A DNA stretch of 64,000 nucleotides from Alphaproteobacteria bacterium (GCA_963665325.3 CAXXWS020000002.1:160001-224000); one strand, 5' to 3'; shown: positions 52,450 through 62,479, counted from the stretch's first letter. The notes: generated by a model not told the origin, from the sequence alone. Translations and numbers: made by a program.

Positions 52450-52699
52450 CCGGAACGGGACACCGGAGCGGACGAGGCCATGACCTGAGCGACCGGCGGC
52501 GGCGGCATGGGCCGCCTCTCAGCCGCATTGAAACGAACCCGAAAGGCCGGCGGCCGCAGCGGTGCGGCAAGCGGGGAAGGTGCGTCCGCTGCGCGGATGG
52601 GGCGGCGGCGTGTGGCAGTCAACCCCGGCGAAAAACAGCCGTTTGCCGCAGTCAACCTCAGCGCAGGGTAGCGGCGGAGCCAGAAGAGGAGGAAAGGCG

Positions 52700-53128
52700 A
52701 TGACGAATGGATCGGCAAGCGGCCCGGCAGGGCAGTTGCCGGAGCGGCGGCGGGGCCAGACGGTGAGCGCGGATCTGCGGGGCCTGGCGCTGGCGGCCGT
52801 GCTGCGCGAGGGCCTGAACATGGCGGCGGCGGCCCGGCGTTTCGGGCTGGGCGAATCGACGGTCCGCCAGTGGGTGAAGCAGTTTCGCGAGCACGGCCAT
52901 GTGCGGCCCGGCAAGCCGGGCGGCAGCGTTGCGCGGCTGGGGCGGGTGCGGGAACGGATTCTCCGCATTCTGGCGGCGCAGCCGGAAATTTCCATGTACG
53001 GGCTGCGCAATGCGCTCGCCGCTGAGGGGGTGGCGGTTGACCCGACCACAGTCCAGCGCTTCCTGAAGCGCCACGGCCTGGATCGCGATACCCGCCTCGG
53101 CCGGCGGCGGGGACGGGGGCGGAAATAG
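52700..53128 (+). CDS. Stand-alone IS630-like N-terminal HTH protein (no DDE domain)
   Basis: SADLR...AAARRFGLGESTVRQW...TTVQRFLKRHG; AGGAGG RBS. Confidence 0.7.
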   Translation: MTNGSASGPAGQLPERRRGQTVSADLRGLALAAVLREGLNMAAAARRFGLGESTVRQWVKQFREHGHVRPGKPGGSVARLGRVRERILRILAAQPEISMYGLRNALAAEGVAVDPTTVQRFLKRHGLDRDTRLGRRRGRGRK

Positions 53129-53172
53129 GCGCAGGGCGGGGCGCCGGCGAGTGGGGCAGGCCGGAATCCGCC

Positions 53173-53352
53173 TTACGTGCGGCCGGCTTCTTCGAGGGCG
53201 GCGAACATGTCTTCGGCCGAGCCAAAGCGCGCCCTGCCGGCCTTCACGATTTCATCAGCCTCGGCCATGGCGGCGCGGGTCTCGGCGTTGGGCACTTTCC
53301 GCTTCGGGCCGCTGCCGGTCCCGACATGTGGATTCGCACTTCGTTCTGACAT
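53173..53352 (-). CDS. Small protein resembling the RelB/DinJ antitoxin C-terminus
   Basis: VPNAETRAAMAE...FGSAEDMFAALE. Confidence 0.55.
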   Translation of the reverse strand: MSERSANPHVGTGSGPKRKVPNAETRAAMAEADEIVKAGRARFGSAEDMFAALEEAGRT

Positions 53353-53439
53353 GGCGCTTCCTGTGTCTTTGATGAGAGACGGCAATGCCGCCCGCGACCG
53401 GAGGAGCGGGGCCTAACGGTCCGAGGACGGCCCCAATCC

Positions 53440-56400
53440 CTAACGGGAAGACAGCTCGTTCAGCCTTCGGAAACGATGGTCGTTGCGCAGATCGGGGCGT
53501 TTCGTACCTATAACCTCCAGACACTTAGCCAAGTAACTCCCGCTGCCCGGAGGCAGGTTGTCCCCGACGATCCGGTCGAGGAAATCCAACGCTTCCTCCG
53601 GAAATTTTCCGCATATATCGGATCGTTGCAACTCGAAAACCAAGTGATCGTGGTCTTGTGGCGGTTGTAGCCAGTGTTGCAATTCTTCGAGTGCTTCCGG
53701 GAACACTTCGTTCGCCGCAATACATACGCGGCCGAGGCTTGCCGAGACCGCTTGCGTTCGTCGGTCGCTCGATTTCGGCCAGATAGACTGCAAATAGGGT
53801 CGAACACGGTTTCGCCAGTATTCGGCGCGCTGCTCGCCGGCTCCGTCGAGCGCCCTTGCCAGTGTGCGCGCACATTGGGCCAATGCGCGATCCGGCAGCG
53901 ACCCGGTCGCGGCCCTCAACTCCGCCTCCGTAAACGCACGATTCCTGTCGAGCGCTTCGAATGTCAGCAAGGCCGCATAGGTATGCGCCGCATGTTTGCC
54001 CAGCGTCGGATATCGACCCGCCATATCGAGAAACGGCTTTCCGATTACCTCCATTAATGGGGGATAGAGGCGAGGCGACAAGAAGAAACCCTCCCAGGCA
54101 GCGCGCGCCTCCGTCTCGCAACTTTGCCAATCGAATATCGGCAACAGGTTCTGCTCCGTCCAGTCGCGGTCGATGCGGAACAGCGCGACGACACGCGAGG
54201 CCAGCAGGACGCGGCCGTGGCGAAACCGGCCGACCCGCATATCGCAAAGCATGGTGAAGACGGGTTTGAGTTCAGCTGGCAGGCGCTGCCCATCCTCAGG
54301 CTTGCGCCGGAACCACCAGCCCAGCAGCGCTTCCGTCATATGTCCGACCGGGTGGTTGATGGCCTGCGTTGCGGGCTCGTCGGTGCGTATGTCTAAATCG
54401 TCCCCGCTGTCCAGCGCCAATACTCGTTCGCAGAGTGGCAGGAATAACGGATCGTTCCCGCCCACCACTCTGGCAACGCCCCGCAGCCAGCGGGTCAGAC
54501 CATTGGAAAACGACGAAAGGTTTTCGTCGGAGGCTTTGGCAAGCAATGGCGCGAGATAGCGCCACGACCGCTGCAACGAACTTCCGTCCGACCATGCATA
54601 CAGCGCTTCGCGCCAACGGTCTCCCGGCCATTGCCCCTCTCGCGCCAAGGCGCACAAGGCGCAGGCCGCAACTGGAAAGTGGTCCCGGCATCGGCCGGAC
54701 CAGTCGTCGTCATGCCAAGAATAGTTCTTGGGGTGCTGCCTGAGCCACTCGACAAGTTCACGGCGGCGACGCGGGGATGGAGGCAACTCGGGCGATGTAA
54801 TGCGAGAACCCTCGCCACTCCAAACCGGGAATTCGTCGCTCTCGTCCTCGGCAAGTCCCCAGTTCGGGTATTTCGTGGACAATTCGCCCAGCCGATTCCG
54901 CGCGAGAGATCCTAAGGTTCCTCCGGATGCTTCGATCTTGGCCAGACGTAGAAGAACGGCTCCGTCGCGTATTCTGGTCCAGAGTTCGGAATCTGTGTCT
55001 TCCTCATTGTCGAGAGGCGGGCCAGCCAGGACCGCTGCTTCAAGTACAGCCATGGATTCAGCCGCAAGCCTGGGGGGCAACACAACCAGCAATCGCATGG
55101 CTTCCCGCCGGGTCTCCAAAGACCACAACCATCTACAACCATCATCCAACAACCAATTAAGTCCTTGGTACGCCGGGATGATGTTGTCCTGTGCTGCGGC
55201 AAAGAAGGCTAGACGATGAAACACCGGATAAGGCACGACGCTCCACCTTTCGGCGTTACGCCGCGCCCACTCCGGGGCAATTGCAGCCGTCTCGAACCAG
55301 GCGTCACGAGTTAGCTCGATCAATACCGTCCAATCACGGAAGCGTTCGTTTTGCGGATGATCGCCAATAGAGGGCTGTTCCAGAAATGAATGATCATGTT
55401 TGTCACTCGCACGGCCAAGTTCCCGCATCAAATCCATGGCGTCTCTGAGCAAGGTTCCGAAATCTTCCAGCAGTCCGGGCAATGCTTCCCGCCAGCGTTC
55501 GTTTTCGCGTAAATCGTTGAACAGCGCCGACCAAACATGTTGCTCGGACAACACGATTTCTCCTTCCACAAGGTCAGCGGGCTGCTCCGGTTCCTTGATG
55601 TTCCTTTCCTGTCCGAACCCGGCAATCCGTTTCCGCAAGGAGAGTCGTGGCGTCAGCATGTCCAGCAGTTGCATGCGCAGGCCGGTCGTTAGTCCTTCCT
55701 GATCGAAGCGTTCCTTCCACCGATAAATTCCGATGGCATGAGACGGCCTCTGCATTCGTCCGGCCAGCGAGAGGTCCCAAAGCCTGCGCATCGCCGGCCG
55801 GACTCCTTCTGTCCCTAAACCCGCTTCGATGAAGTCGGCGAACCAAGGATGGAGTTTCCCTCCTTCGCTTGCCATGCGAAGCAGGAGGTCAGGATCGTCA
55901 AGATGCTTGGTGAGCCAGCGCGCCAATTGGGACATGACTTCGTCCAATCGGCCGCAGGCGGCGTTTCGATTCGCAAGCGCCATCCAAGGAGCATGAGTGT
56001 GCGGCGACGGCCGGCGTAGAAGGCTGAACGGCGGCGCTTGGCCGTCTCTTGGGTGAGAGCGTATGCCAAAGCGCTCCAAGTCGGTTTGACCGAAACGGTC
56101 TTCCGAAAGCGGACCGAGCCAATCGAGAGACGGAACCGGGTCGAATTCGGCGAAGCGTTTGGCAGGCAGCCCGCTGGGATCGCTCAGGGCCCACAACATG
56201 CGGCCGACAAAATTACTTTCTGGCGTGCTCAGAAAAGGAGGCAAACCGGCATAGTTGGTGACTATGTCTTTCTTGCCACTAACGCCATGCTTATAGATCT
56301 CCGCCCATTCGTGCAGCGTTTCGTGAAGATACCGATGCTGCAAGTCCTCGCGGTACAGGATCGGCGTTACGTTCTTCGCCTTCCATTCATCGGCGCGACT

Positions 56401-57147
56401 GTGTTCCTCACCATTCGTATAACTTCCAAACGCGAACATTTCCGATGGTGCTTCGTTGAGAACCGTTGCGTCTATCATGTAGCGCAATACCGGGTCGTCG
56501 ATGCTGTAACCGACGAAACAAATGGTGTAGCTGCGGAGCAATTCCGCAACGAACCGAGCCGCCCAGCCTTCGGTCAGGTAAGCGCGGCCGAAATCGCCAC
56601 TGGAAATGACCAGATCGTCGAGACCGGCTGTTGAGGTTCCCTCTGGCAGGATGCCGTGCAGATAAACGAGGCCGTTCCATCGGTTCTTCGCGGGTAGTGA
56701 AGGTGCCCGGAAACTCCCGACATCGGGGCGGGTATCGGCAACTGCCGTCTCGAACAGGCGGTCGAAATTCGTGGTAACGATTCTTGTGCAGTTATCACGG
56801 TCCCGGCCGAGCGTCAGCAACGCCTCGTGCGTTGTATTCGTCTTTAACAGACCCGGCTCCGGTGTCAGAATTCTCGCCAGTTCCCGGCGCACGGTTTCGC
56901 GTCGGCCGACGACGCCGTTCTCCAGAAGGCCGATAGCCGTGTCGAACCGTTTGTCCTCTATCGCCTTCCGTTGCTCGGGATCGGGGTCTGGATGCAGGCG
57001 TTCGTACAGCCTCCGTACCAGCCCGGAGAAGCCGGGCAGGCCCGCCGGATAGGAGATGCCCGCGCCACAAAACAGGACGACGCGGCCGTCTTCATGCGCC
57101 TGAAGCAGGCGGTCCGGGACTTCCGGTCCGTTCGTGCAGAATTGCAT
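53440..57147 (-). CDS. dsr1: Defence-associated sirtuin Dsr1-like (SIR2 NADase plus long helical region)
   Basis: MQF..NGP..P.RLLQAHEDGRVV.FCGAGIS, TTNFD, YLHG, FVGYSIDDP; 1235 aa; lower GC than flanks. Confidence 0.78.
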   Translation of the reverse strand: MQFCTNGPEVPDRLLQAHEDGRVVLFCGAGISYPAGLPGFSGLVRRLYERLHPDPDPEQRKAIEDKRFDTAIGLLENGVVGRRETVRRELARILTPEPGLLKTNTTHEALLTLGRDRDNCTRIVTTNFDRLFETAVADTRPDVGSFRAPSLPAKNRWNGLVYLHGILPEGTSTAGLDDLVISSGDFGRAYLTEGWAARFVAELLRSYTICFVGYSIDDPVLRYMIDATVLNEAPSEMFAFGSYTNGEEHSRADEWKAKNVTPILYREDLQHRYLHETLHEWAEIYKHGVSGKKDIVTNYAGLPPFLSTPESNFVGRMLWALSDPSGLPAKRFAEFDPVPSLDWLGPLSEDRFGQTDLERFGIRSHPRDGQAPPFSLLRRPSPHTHAPWMALANRNAACGRLDEVMSQLARWLTKHLDDPDLLLRMASEGGKLHPWFADFIEAGLGTEGVRPAMRRLWDLSLAGRMQRPSHAIGIYRWKERFDQEGLTTGLRMQLLDMLTPRLSLRKRIAGFGQERNIKEPEQPADLVEGEIVLSEQHVWSALFNDLRENERWREALPGLLEDFGTLLRDAMDLMRELGRASDKHDHSFLEQPSIGDHPQNERFRDWTVLIELTRDAWFETAAIAPEWARRNAERWSVVPYPVFHRLAFFAAAQDNIIPAYQGLNWLLDDGCRWLWSLETRREAMRLLVVLPPRLAAESMAVLEAAVLAGPPLDNEEDTDSELWTRIRDGAVLLRLAKIEASGGTLGSLARNRLGELSTKYPNWGLAEDESDEFPVWSGEGSRITSPELPPSPRRRRELVEWLRQHPKNYSWHDDDWSGRCRDHFPVAACALCALAREGQWPGDRWREALYAWSDGSSLQRSWRYLAPLLAKASDENLSSFSNGLTRWLRGVARVVGGNDPLFLPLCERVLALDSGDDLDIRTDEPATQAINHPVGHMTEALLGWWFRRKPEDGQRLPAELKPVFTMLCDMRVGRFRHGRVLLASRVVALFRIDRDWTEQNLLPIFDWQSCETEARAAWEGFFLSPRLYPPLMEVIGKPFLDMAGRYPTLGKHAAHTYAALLTFEALDRNRAFTEAELRAATGSLPDRALAQCARTLARALDGAGEQRAEYWRNRVRPYLQSIWPKSSDRRTQAVSASLGRVCIAANEVFPEALEELQHWLQPPQDHDHLVFELQRSDICGKFPEEALDFLDRIVGDNLPPGSGSYLAKCLEVIGTKRPDLRNDHRFRRLNELSSR

Positions 57148-57208
57148 CGGGAGTCAAACCTCAACCCTCAAATCTGAGTTGTAACTTAATCCGATTCGGT
57201 GCTCTTAC

Positions 57209-57240
57209 TCACCCCCGGCGCGTCCTTCAGCGCCGACGCC
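57209..57240 (+). repeat. Degenerate copy of the GMC oxidoreductase 3' end
   Basis: TCACCCCCGGCGCGTCCTTCAGCGCCGACGCC vs TTACCCCCGCGCGTCCTCCAGCGCCATCGCC (57915-57945). Confidence 0.65.
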
Positions 57241-57317
57241 ACATCCTGCGTGGCGACCGTGACAGGGCCTGCGGGCGGGCATAGCATGACGGGAGACCGG
57301 CAGCCGGAGAGGGCAGC

Positions 57318-57896
57318 ATGAGCGCAGATGCGGCCTTACGCCGGAAGCGGCCGGCCCGCAAGGCGACCTACCGGGATGTGCTCGACGCGCCGCCGCATAT
57401 GGTGGCCGAGATCGTGGACGGCGTGCTTCACTTGCAGCGAAGGCCGCCCACGCTGGCGGCTCTGGCGAAGACCGCTCTCGCCAGCGAGATCGGCGTTCCC
57501 TTCCACATGGGCCGGAACGGGCCGGGCGGATGGTGGATCGTCAATGAACCCGAGCTTCATTTCGGCGAGGACATTGTGGTTCCCGACATTGCCGGCTGGC
57601 GGCGGGAGCGCATGCCGAAAGTGCCCGATGTGGCCTTTTTGACCCTGGCGCCCGACTGGGTGTGCGAAGTCCTTTCCCCCTCGACGCGGAAACTGGACCT
57701 CGAAGGGAAACGCCCGATCTATGCGCGGGAGGGCGTCGCCCATCTCTGGTTCGTCGATCCGGCGGCGCGGACACTGGAGGCGTTTACGCTCGATGGCGGC
57801 GCGTGGACGGCGGCCGGCGCGGCGCGGGACGACGAGCCGGTATCCCTCCCGCCTTTCGAGGCCGTGACCTTCCCGCTCGACGCGCTCTGGCCCTGA
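57318..57896 (+). CDS. Uma2-family endonuclease
   Basis: EIVDG, EPELH, VPDIAGW, PDWVCEVLSPST, HLWFVDP. Confidence 0.92.
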   Translation: MSADAALRRKRPARKATYRDVLDAPPHMVAEIVDGVLHLQRRPPTLAALAKTALASEIGVPFHMGRNGPGGWWIVNEPELHFGEDIVVPDIAGWRRERMPKVPDVAFLTLAPDWVCEVLSPSTRKLDLEGKRPIYAREGVAHLWFVDPAARTLEAFTLDGGAWTAAGAARDDEPVSLPPFEAVTFPLDALWP

Positions 57897-57914
57897 CGCG
57901 GGCTGGCCGCCGCG

Positions 57915-59531
57915 TTACCCCCGCGCGTCCTCCAGCGCCATCGCCGCGCCTTTTTCAGCGATCATGATGGTGGGGCTGTTGGTGTTGCCGGAGGGGATCG
58001 CGGGCATGACCGAGGCGTCTATGACGCGGAGGTTCTCCAGGCCGTGGACCCTCAGCCGGTCGGTGACGACCGCTTCGCTGTCGTTGCCCATCTTGCAGGT
58101 GCCGACCGGGTGGTAGGTGGTGGTGCCGAGGTCGGCGGCGGCGCGGGCCAGTTCCTCGTCTGTCTCGAAAGACGGGCCCGGCACGAACTCCTCGGGCGCA
58201 TAGGGCGCGAGCGACGGCGCGACCACGATACGCCGCGTCAGCCTCACCATATCGATCGCCACCTGCCGGTCGCCGGGCGTCGAGAGATAGTTGGGCCGGA
58301 TCGCGGGCGGCTCCTCCGGGTCAGGCGATTTCAGCGTGACCCACCCCCGGCTCTCCGGCCTGAGGTTGCAGGGCGAGGCGGTGAAGGCGGGGAAGGTATG
58401 CAGCGGCTCGCCGAACCGGTCCAGCGAGAGCGGCTGCACGTGGTATTGCACATTGGCGGTCTCGCGCGAGGGATCGGACTTCGCGAATGCGCCGAGCTGG
58501 CTCGGCGCCATGGTGAGCGGCCCGCGCCGGAACAGGATGTATTCGAGCCCCATGCCGAGCCGGCCCCAGAGGCTGTTCGCGCGCCGGTTGAGCGTCTCCA
58601 CACCCGAGACCCTGAACGCCATGCGGATCTGCATGTGGTCCTGGAGATTGCCGCCGACGCCCGATAGCTCGCGGTGCACCGCCACGCCGCTCTCCTGCAG
58701 CAGCGCGCCCGGCCCGACGCCGGAGACCTGGAGCAGATGCGGCGAGCCGATGGCGCCCGCCGCCAGGATGAGCTCGCCCGCGACCTCCGCCCTGGCCGCG
58801 CGGCCCTTGCGGCGGAACTCGAGGCCGGACGCGCGCGGGCCGTCGAACAGGATGCGCTGCGCGCGGGCGCCGGTCAGCACGGTCAGGTTCGGGCGGCGCT
58901 GCGCCGGCTTCAGGAAGCCGCGCGCCGTGTTCCAGCGGGTGCCGCTGCGCTGGTTGACCACGAACTTGCCGGTGCCCTCATTGTCGCCGTCGTTGAAGTC
59001 CGGCGTGGGGTGCAGGCCGATGTCCGCGCAGGCGCGCTGGAAGGCGTCGAGGATTTCCCAGCCGACGCGCGGCTGCTCCACACGCCACTCGCCGCCGGTG
59101 CCGTGGAACTCGTCCGGCGGGCCGAAATGGTATTCCGACTTCCTGAACCAGGGCAGCACATCGTCCCAGGACCAGCCGCGATTGCCCATCTGCGCCCAGC
59201 CGTCATAGTCGCGGGCCTGGCCGCGCATATAGACCATGCCGTTGATCGACGAGGAGCCGCCGAGACCCCGGCCGCGCGGGTAGGGGACCGTGCGCCCGTT
59301 CAGGCCCGGCTCCGCCTCGGTGGCGAAGCACCAGTCGGTGCGCGGGTTGTTCTGGGTGTAGAGGTAGCCGACCGGGATCCGGATCCAGATATAGTTGTCC
59401 CGGCCGCCGGCCTCCAGCAGCAGCACCCGGTTGCGCGCGTCCTCCGATAGCCGGTTCGCCAGCACGCACCCCGCCGAGCCCCCGCCCACGATGACATAAT
59501 CGAACCTGCCGACGCTCGCAGTGTCGTTCAT
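57915..59531 (-). CDS. GMC oxidoreductase (choline dehydrogenase-like)
   Basis: GGGSAG, GGSSSINGM, NLQDH, YHPVGTC, GNTNSPTIMIAEK. Confidence 0.93.
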   Translation of the reverse strand: MNDTASVGRFDYVIVGGGSAGCVLANRLSEDARNRVLLLEAGGRDNYIWIRIPVGYLYTQNNPRTDWCFATEAEPGLNGRTVPYPRGRGLGGSSSINGMVYMRGQARDYDGWAQMGNRGWSWDDVLPWFRKSEYHFGPPDEFHGTGGEWRVEQPRVGWEILDAFQRACADIGLHPTPDFNDGDNEGTGKFVVNQRSGTRWNTARGFLKPAQRRPNLTVLTGARAQRILFDGPRASGLEFRRKGRAARAEVAGELILAAGAIGSPHLLQVSGVGPGALLQESGVAVHRELSGVGGNLQDHMQIRMAFRVSGVETLNRRANSLWGRLGMGLEYILFRRGPLTMAPSQLGAFAKSDPSRETANVQYHVQPLSLDRFGEPLHTFPAFTASPCNLRPESRGWVTLKSPDPEEPPAIRPNYLSTPGDRQVAIDMVRLTRRIVVAPSLAPYAPEEFVPGPSFETDEELARAAADLGTTTYHPVGTCKMGNDSEAVVTDRLRVHGLENLRVIDASVMPAIPSGNTNSPTIMIAEKGAAMALEDARG

Positions 59532-59798
59532 TTATCCGCTCCCCTCATGCGCCGCATCCTCGTACCGGCAACCGGCCCGGCGGCCGCGACTATACCCTCC
59601 CGATTTCCTTTCCGAGCGCTCGCGACGGCGCCGGTGCATTCGGGACATGGAGCTTTCTGAAACGGCATGACTTTTCGTTCCGGGTCATTGTTATTGGGAG
59701 TGCCTCGGTAGCGGCGGTTCCGGGATCGATGCCGTCCGGCAGAGAGGCCATGACGGGGTCCCCACGGATGCCGCCGCCTGTTCAGGAGCGGAGGCACC

Positions 59799-62426
59799 AT
59801 GTTCCCACGACAGAAGCAGGAATGGCCTTGGAAAACTCTCTCCAGAGCGGCAGGGCCGCCGGAGGCCGTGCGCAGGACCGGTCCCGGCCGACCGGGTTGC
59901 CGGAGAGCCTTTCCCGGCGCCCGGTTTGCAGCGGGGGCGTTTCTCGCTGCGATGCTTGCAGCGCCGACAATGGCGCTCGCCGGGATCGAACCCGGAGAGC
60001 GGGGCCTGGTCGTCAGCCCGACGGACCTCACCATCGAGGAAGGTGGGAAGGGCAAGATTTCGGTGGTGTTGAAGACCAAGCCGACGGGCCCTGTAACGGT
60101 TCGCATTTCGCGGGACTCGGCGGACGGGTTCGCAATGGACACGCAGCGCATGTACTTCACGGCGGAGACCTGGGACCAGCCGCAGTCGGTTTGGCTGCGG
60201 GCCCGCTTCGACGACGACGCCACGGACGAGACGACGGTCTTCACCTTCACCCCGCGAGGCGGCGACTATAGAGGCGTGGCCCCGGTGACCGCGACAGCGC
60301 GGGTCGAAGACTATGAGGGCCATGCCGTGGAGCGGGGCCTGGTCATCAGCCCGACGGACCTCACCCTCGAAGAAGGCGAGCGGGGGAAGATCTCGGTGGC
60401 GCTGAAGAGCCGGCCGAAGCGCACGGTAGCGGTCCGCATTTCGCGAAGTTCGACGGACGGGTTCGCGGTGGACAGGCTGCGCATGAGATTCACCACGGAG
60501 AACTGGGACCGGCCGCAGTCCATCTGGCTGCGGGCTCGCGAGGATGACGACGCCACGGACGAGACGACGGTCTTCACCTTCACCCCGCGACGCGGCGGCT
60601 ATGACGGCCTGGCTCCGGTAACCGTGACGGCGCGAGTCGACGACAACGACGATGTACCTGTTGCGAGCGGGAATTATCCTACCGTCTCCATCGCCGACGC
60701 AACCGCGGATGAAGGTAACGCCAGCAGGGATATCTCCTTCGAGGTCAGCCTCTCCGAGCCGTCGGACCGGTTGGTTGTGGTCGATATCAAAACCGTTCCG
60801 GGCGGGACCGCTACCGTCGGCGCAGACTATCGCCACGAGTGGTATACGGTCTTTATCCCGGCCGGAACGACGTCCGTCCTTGCCGGTGTGCAGATCTACG
60901 ATGACGATATCGACGATGACGGCGAAACGCTGTTCGTCGAACTCAGCAATGCGCGACTGGTAACCGGGGGCGGAGGTCGGTGGCCGAGCCTCGTCATCGA
61001 GAATTCCCGTGCGACCGGAACCATTCGCAACTCCGATCCATTGCCGAAGGCCTGGCTCGCGCGTTTCGGACGCACAGTCGCGGAACAGGTGGTCGAGGCG
61101 GTGCAGGGGCGTTTTCGGACGCCGGGGACCCAGGGGGTCCGGATGACGCTCGCGAACGAACGGGTCGGCGAAGTGCCGGAGGCGAAGATGCGCAAGGGCC
61201 GCGGGCCGGCTTTCGAACGGCGATCGGTCCCGTCCCGCGATGCGCTGCTCGGAACGTCGTTCTCGTTAGCGGGCGAGACAGCGGAAGGCGGATCGGTTGC
61301 GGTGTGGGGCCGGGGCACGGTTACCCGGTTCGATGGGCAAGACCGCGTTCTCAGCCATCGTGGCGAGGTCGAAAGCGTCATGCTGGGCGTCGACTGGTCG
61401 GGGCCCGGCTGGACGGCCGGCGTACTGTCCGCACGTTCGCGCGGCACGGGCGGCCACACCGGCGCCCGCCAGGTCGAGACCGAATCGAGCATTGTCGGCG
61501 TCTATCCCTACGGGCGTTACACACTGAACGACCGGATCGTGCTTTGGGGGGTCGCCGGCCACGGCCGCGGCGATCTCGCCCTGACGCCGGAAAAGCCCGG
61601 GCCGCGGGCAAGAGCCGGTCTGGACTTCAGCATGGCGGCCGCCGGCTTGCACGGCGTCTTGAAGAAGGCACCCGAAACCGGCGGGATGGAACTGGCGGCC
61701 ACGACCGACGCCCTGTTCGCAAGCTCGGACTCCGAGGCGGTGGCGGGCAGCGTCGCGGCGGCGAAGGCCGGCGTGTCCCGTTTCCGCATCGGGCTCGAGG
61801 CCGCGTGGCTGGGTCTTGGAGACAGCGCCAACGCGGTGGTTCCGCGACTGGAGGCCGGTTTGCGCAAGGACGGCGGCGACGCCGAGACCGGCTTCGGCGC
61901 GGAGATGGGAGCCGGCCTTACCTGGTCGAACCGGGGAAGCGGACTTGCCGTTGAACTGGGAACGCGCCGGCTTGTCGCTCATGACGACGAGGACTTCCGG
62001 GAAGAGAGCTACTGGGGCTCCGTTACCTGGGACCCGGAGCCCGTTTCGGAACGCGGACCGAGGCTGGTGTTCCGGCAGTCGATAGCCCCTTCCGTTACGG
62101 ACGGCGCGGGCGCGCTCCTGTCGCGGCCAGGGGTCCTGTCGGCACAGTATCCCGACGGCCGCGTTGGCGCGCACCGATCGCAGCGCACCGAGGTCAGGTT
62201 CGGTTTCGGACTGGCGGCGTTGGGGAACAGCTTCACGTCGGTGCCGGAGATCGGCCTGGGTCTTTCGGGCTCAAGGCGCCAATACAGCCTGTCATGGCGG
62301 TTGGCATCGGCGCAGCCCGGTTCCCTGCCTCTCGAGCTCGGGTTGCACGGAACGCGGACAGAAGACGCCGGCGGGAAGGGCAATCCGGAGCACGGCGTCG
62401 CCTTCGAGCTGACGGCGCGCTGGTAG
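59799..62426 (+). CDS. Secreted/outer-membrane protein: two 111-aa Ig-like repeats, Calx-beta-like domain, autotransporter-like beta-barrel
   Basis: 333-bp internal duplication; SIADATADEG...DDDIDDDGETLFVELSN; LPKAWLARFGRTVA linker; terminal FELTARW. Confidence 0.8.
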   Translation: MFPRQKQEWPWKTLSRAAGPPEAVRRTGPGRPGCRRAFPGARFAAGAFLAAMLAAPTMALAGIEPGERGLVVSPTDLTIEEGGKGKISVVLKTKPTGPVTVRISRDSADGFAMDTQRMYFTAETWDQPQSVWLRARFDDDATDETTVFTFTPRGGDYRGVAPVTATARVEDYEGHAVERGLVISPTDLTLEEGERGKISVALKSRPKRTVAVRISRSSTDGFAVDRLRMRFTTENWDRPQSIWLRAREDDDATDETTVFTFTPRRGGYDGLAPVTVTARVDDNDDVPVASGNYPTVSIADATADEGNASRDISFEVSLSEPSDRLVVVDIKTVPGGTATVGADYRHEWYTVFIPAGTTSVLAGVQIYDDDIDDDGETLFVELSNARLVTGGGGRWPSLVIENSRATGTIRNSDPLPKAWLARFGRTVAEQVVEAVQGRFRTPGTQGVRMTLANERVGEVPEAKMRKGRGPAFERRSVPSRDALLGTSFSLAGETAEGGSVAVWGRGTVTRFDGQDRVLSHRGEVESVMLGVDWSGPGWTAGVLSARSRGTGGHTGARQVETESSIVGVYPYGRYTLNDRIVLWGVAGHGRGDLALTPEKPGPRARAGLDFSMAAAGLHGVLKKAPETGGMELAATTDALFASSDSEAVAGSVAAAKAGVSRFRIGLEAAWLGLGDSANAVVPRLEAGLRKDGGDAETGFGAEMGAGLTWSNRGSGLAVELGTRRLVAHDDEDFREESYWGSVTWDPEPVSERGPRLVFRQSIAPSVTDGAGALLSRPGVLSAQYPDGRVGAHRSQRTEVRFGFGLAALGNSFTSVPEIGLGLSGSRRQYSLSWRLASAQPGSLPLELGLHGTRTEDAGGKGNPEHGVAFELTARW
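59997..60645 (+). repeat. Intragenic tandem duplication, 333-bp period
   Basis: GAGCGGGGCCTGGTC(G/A)TCAGCCCGACGGACCTCACC at 59997 and 60330. Confidence 0.9.
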
Positions 62427-62479
62427 GGTTCGGGCAACCTGTCCGGGAAGGCCGTCAACCCGGGCGCAACCGTCTTTCG

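Noticed and set aside
59565-62459. Weak GGCAACC.G.CCGG similarity on both sides of the autotransporter gene
   Set aside because: Too short and gapped to call a direct repeat.
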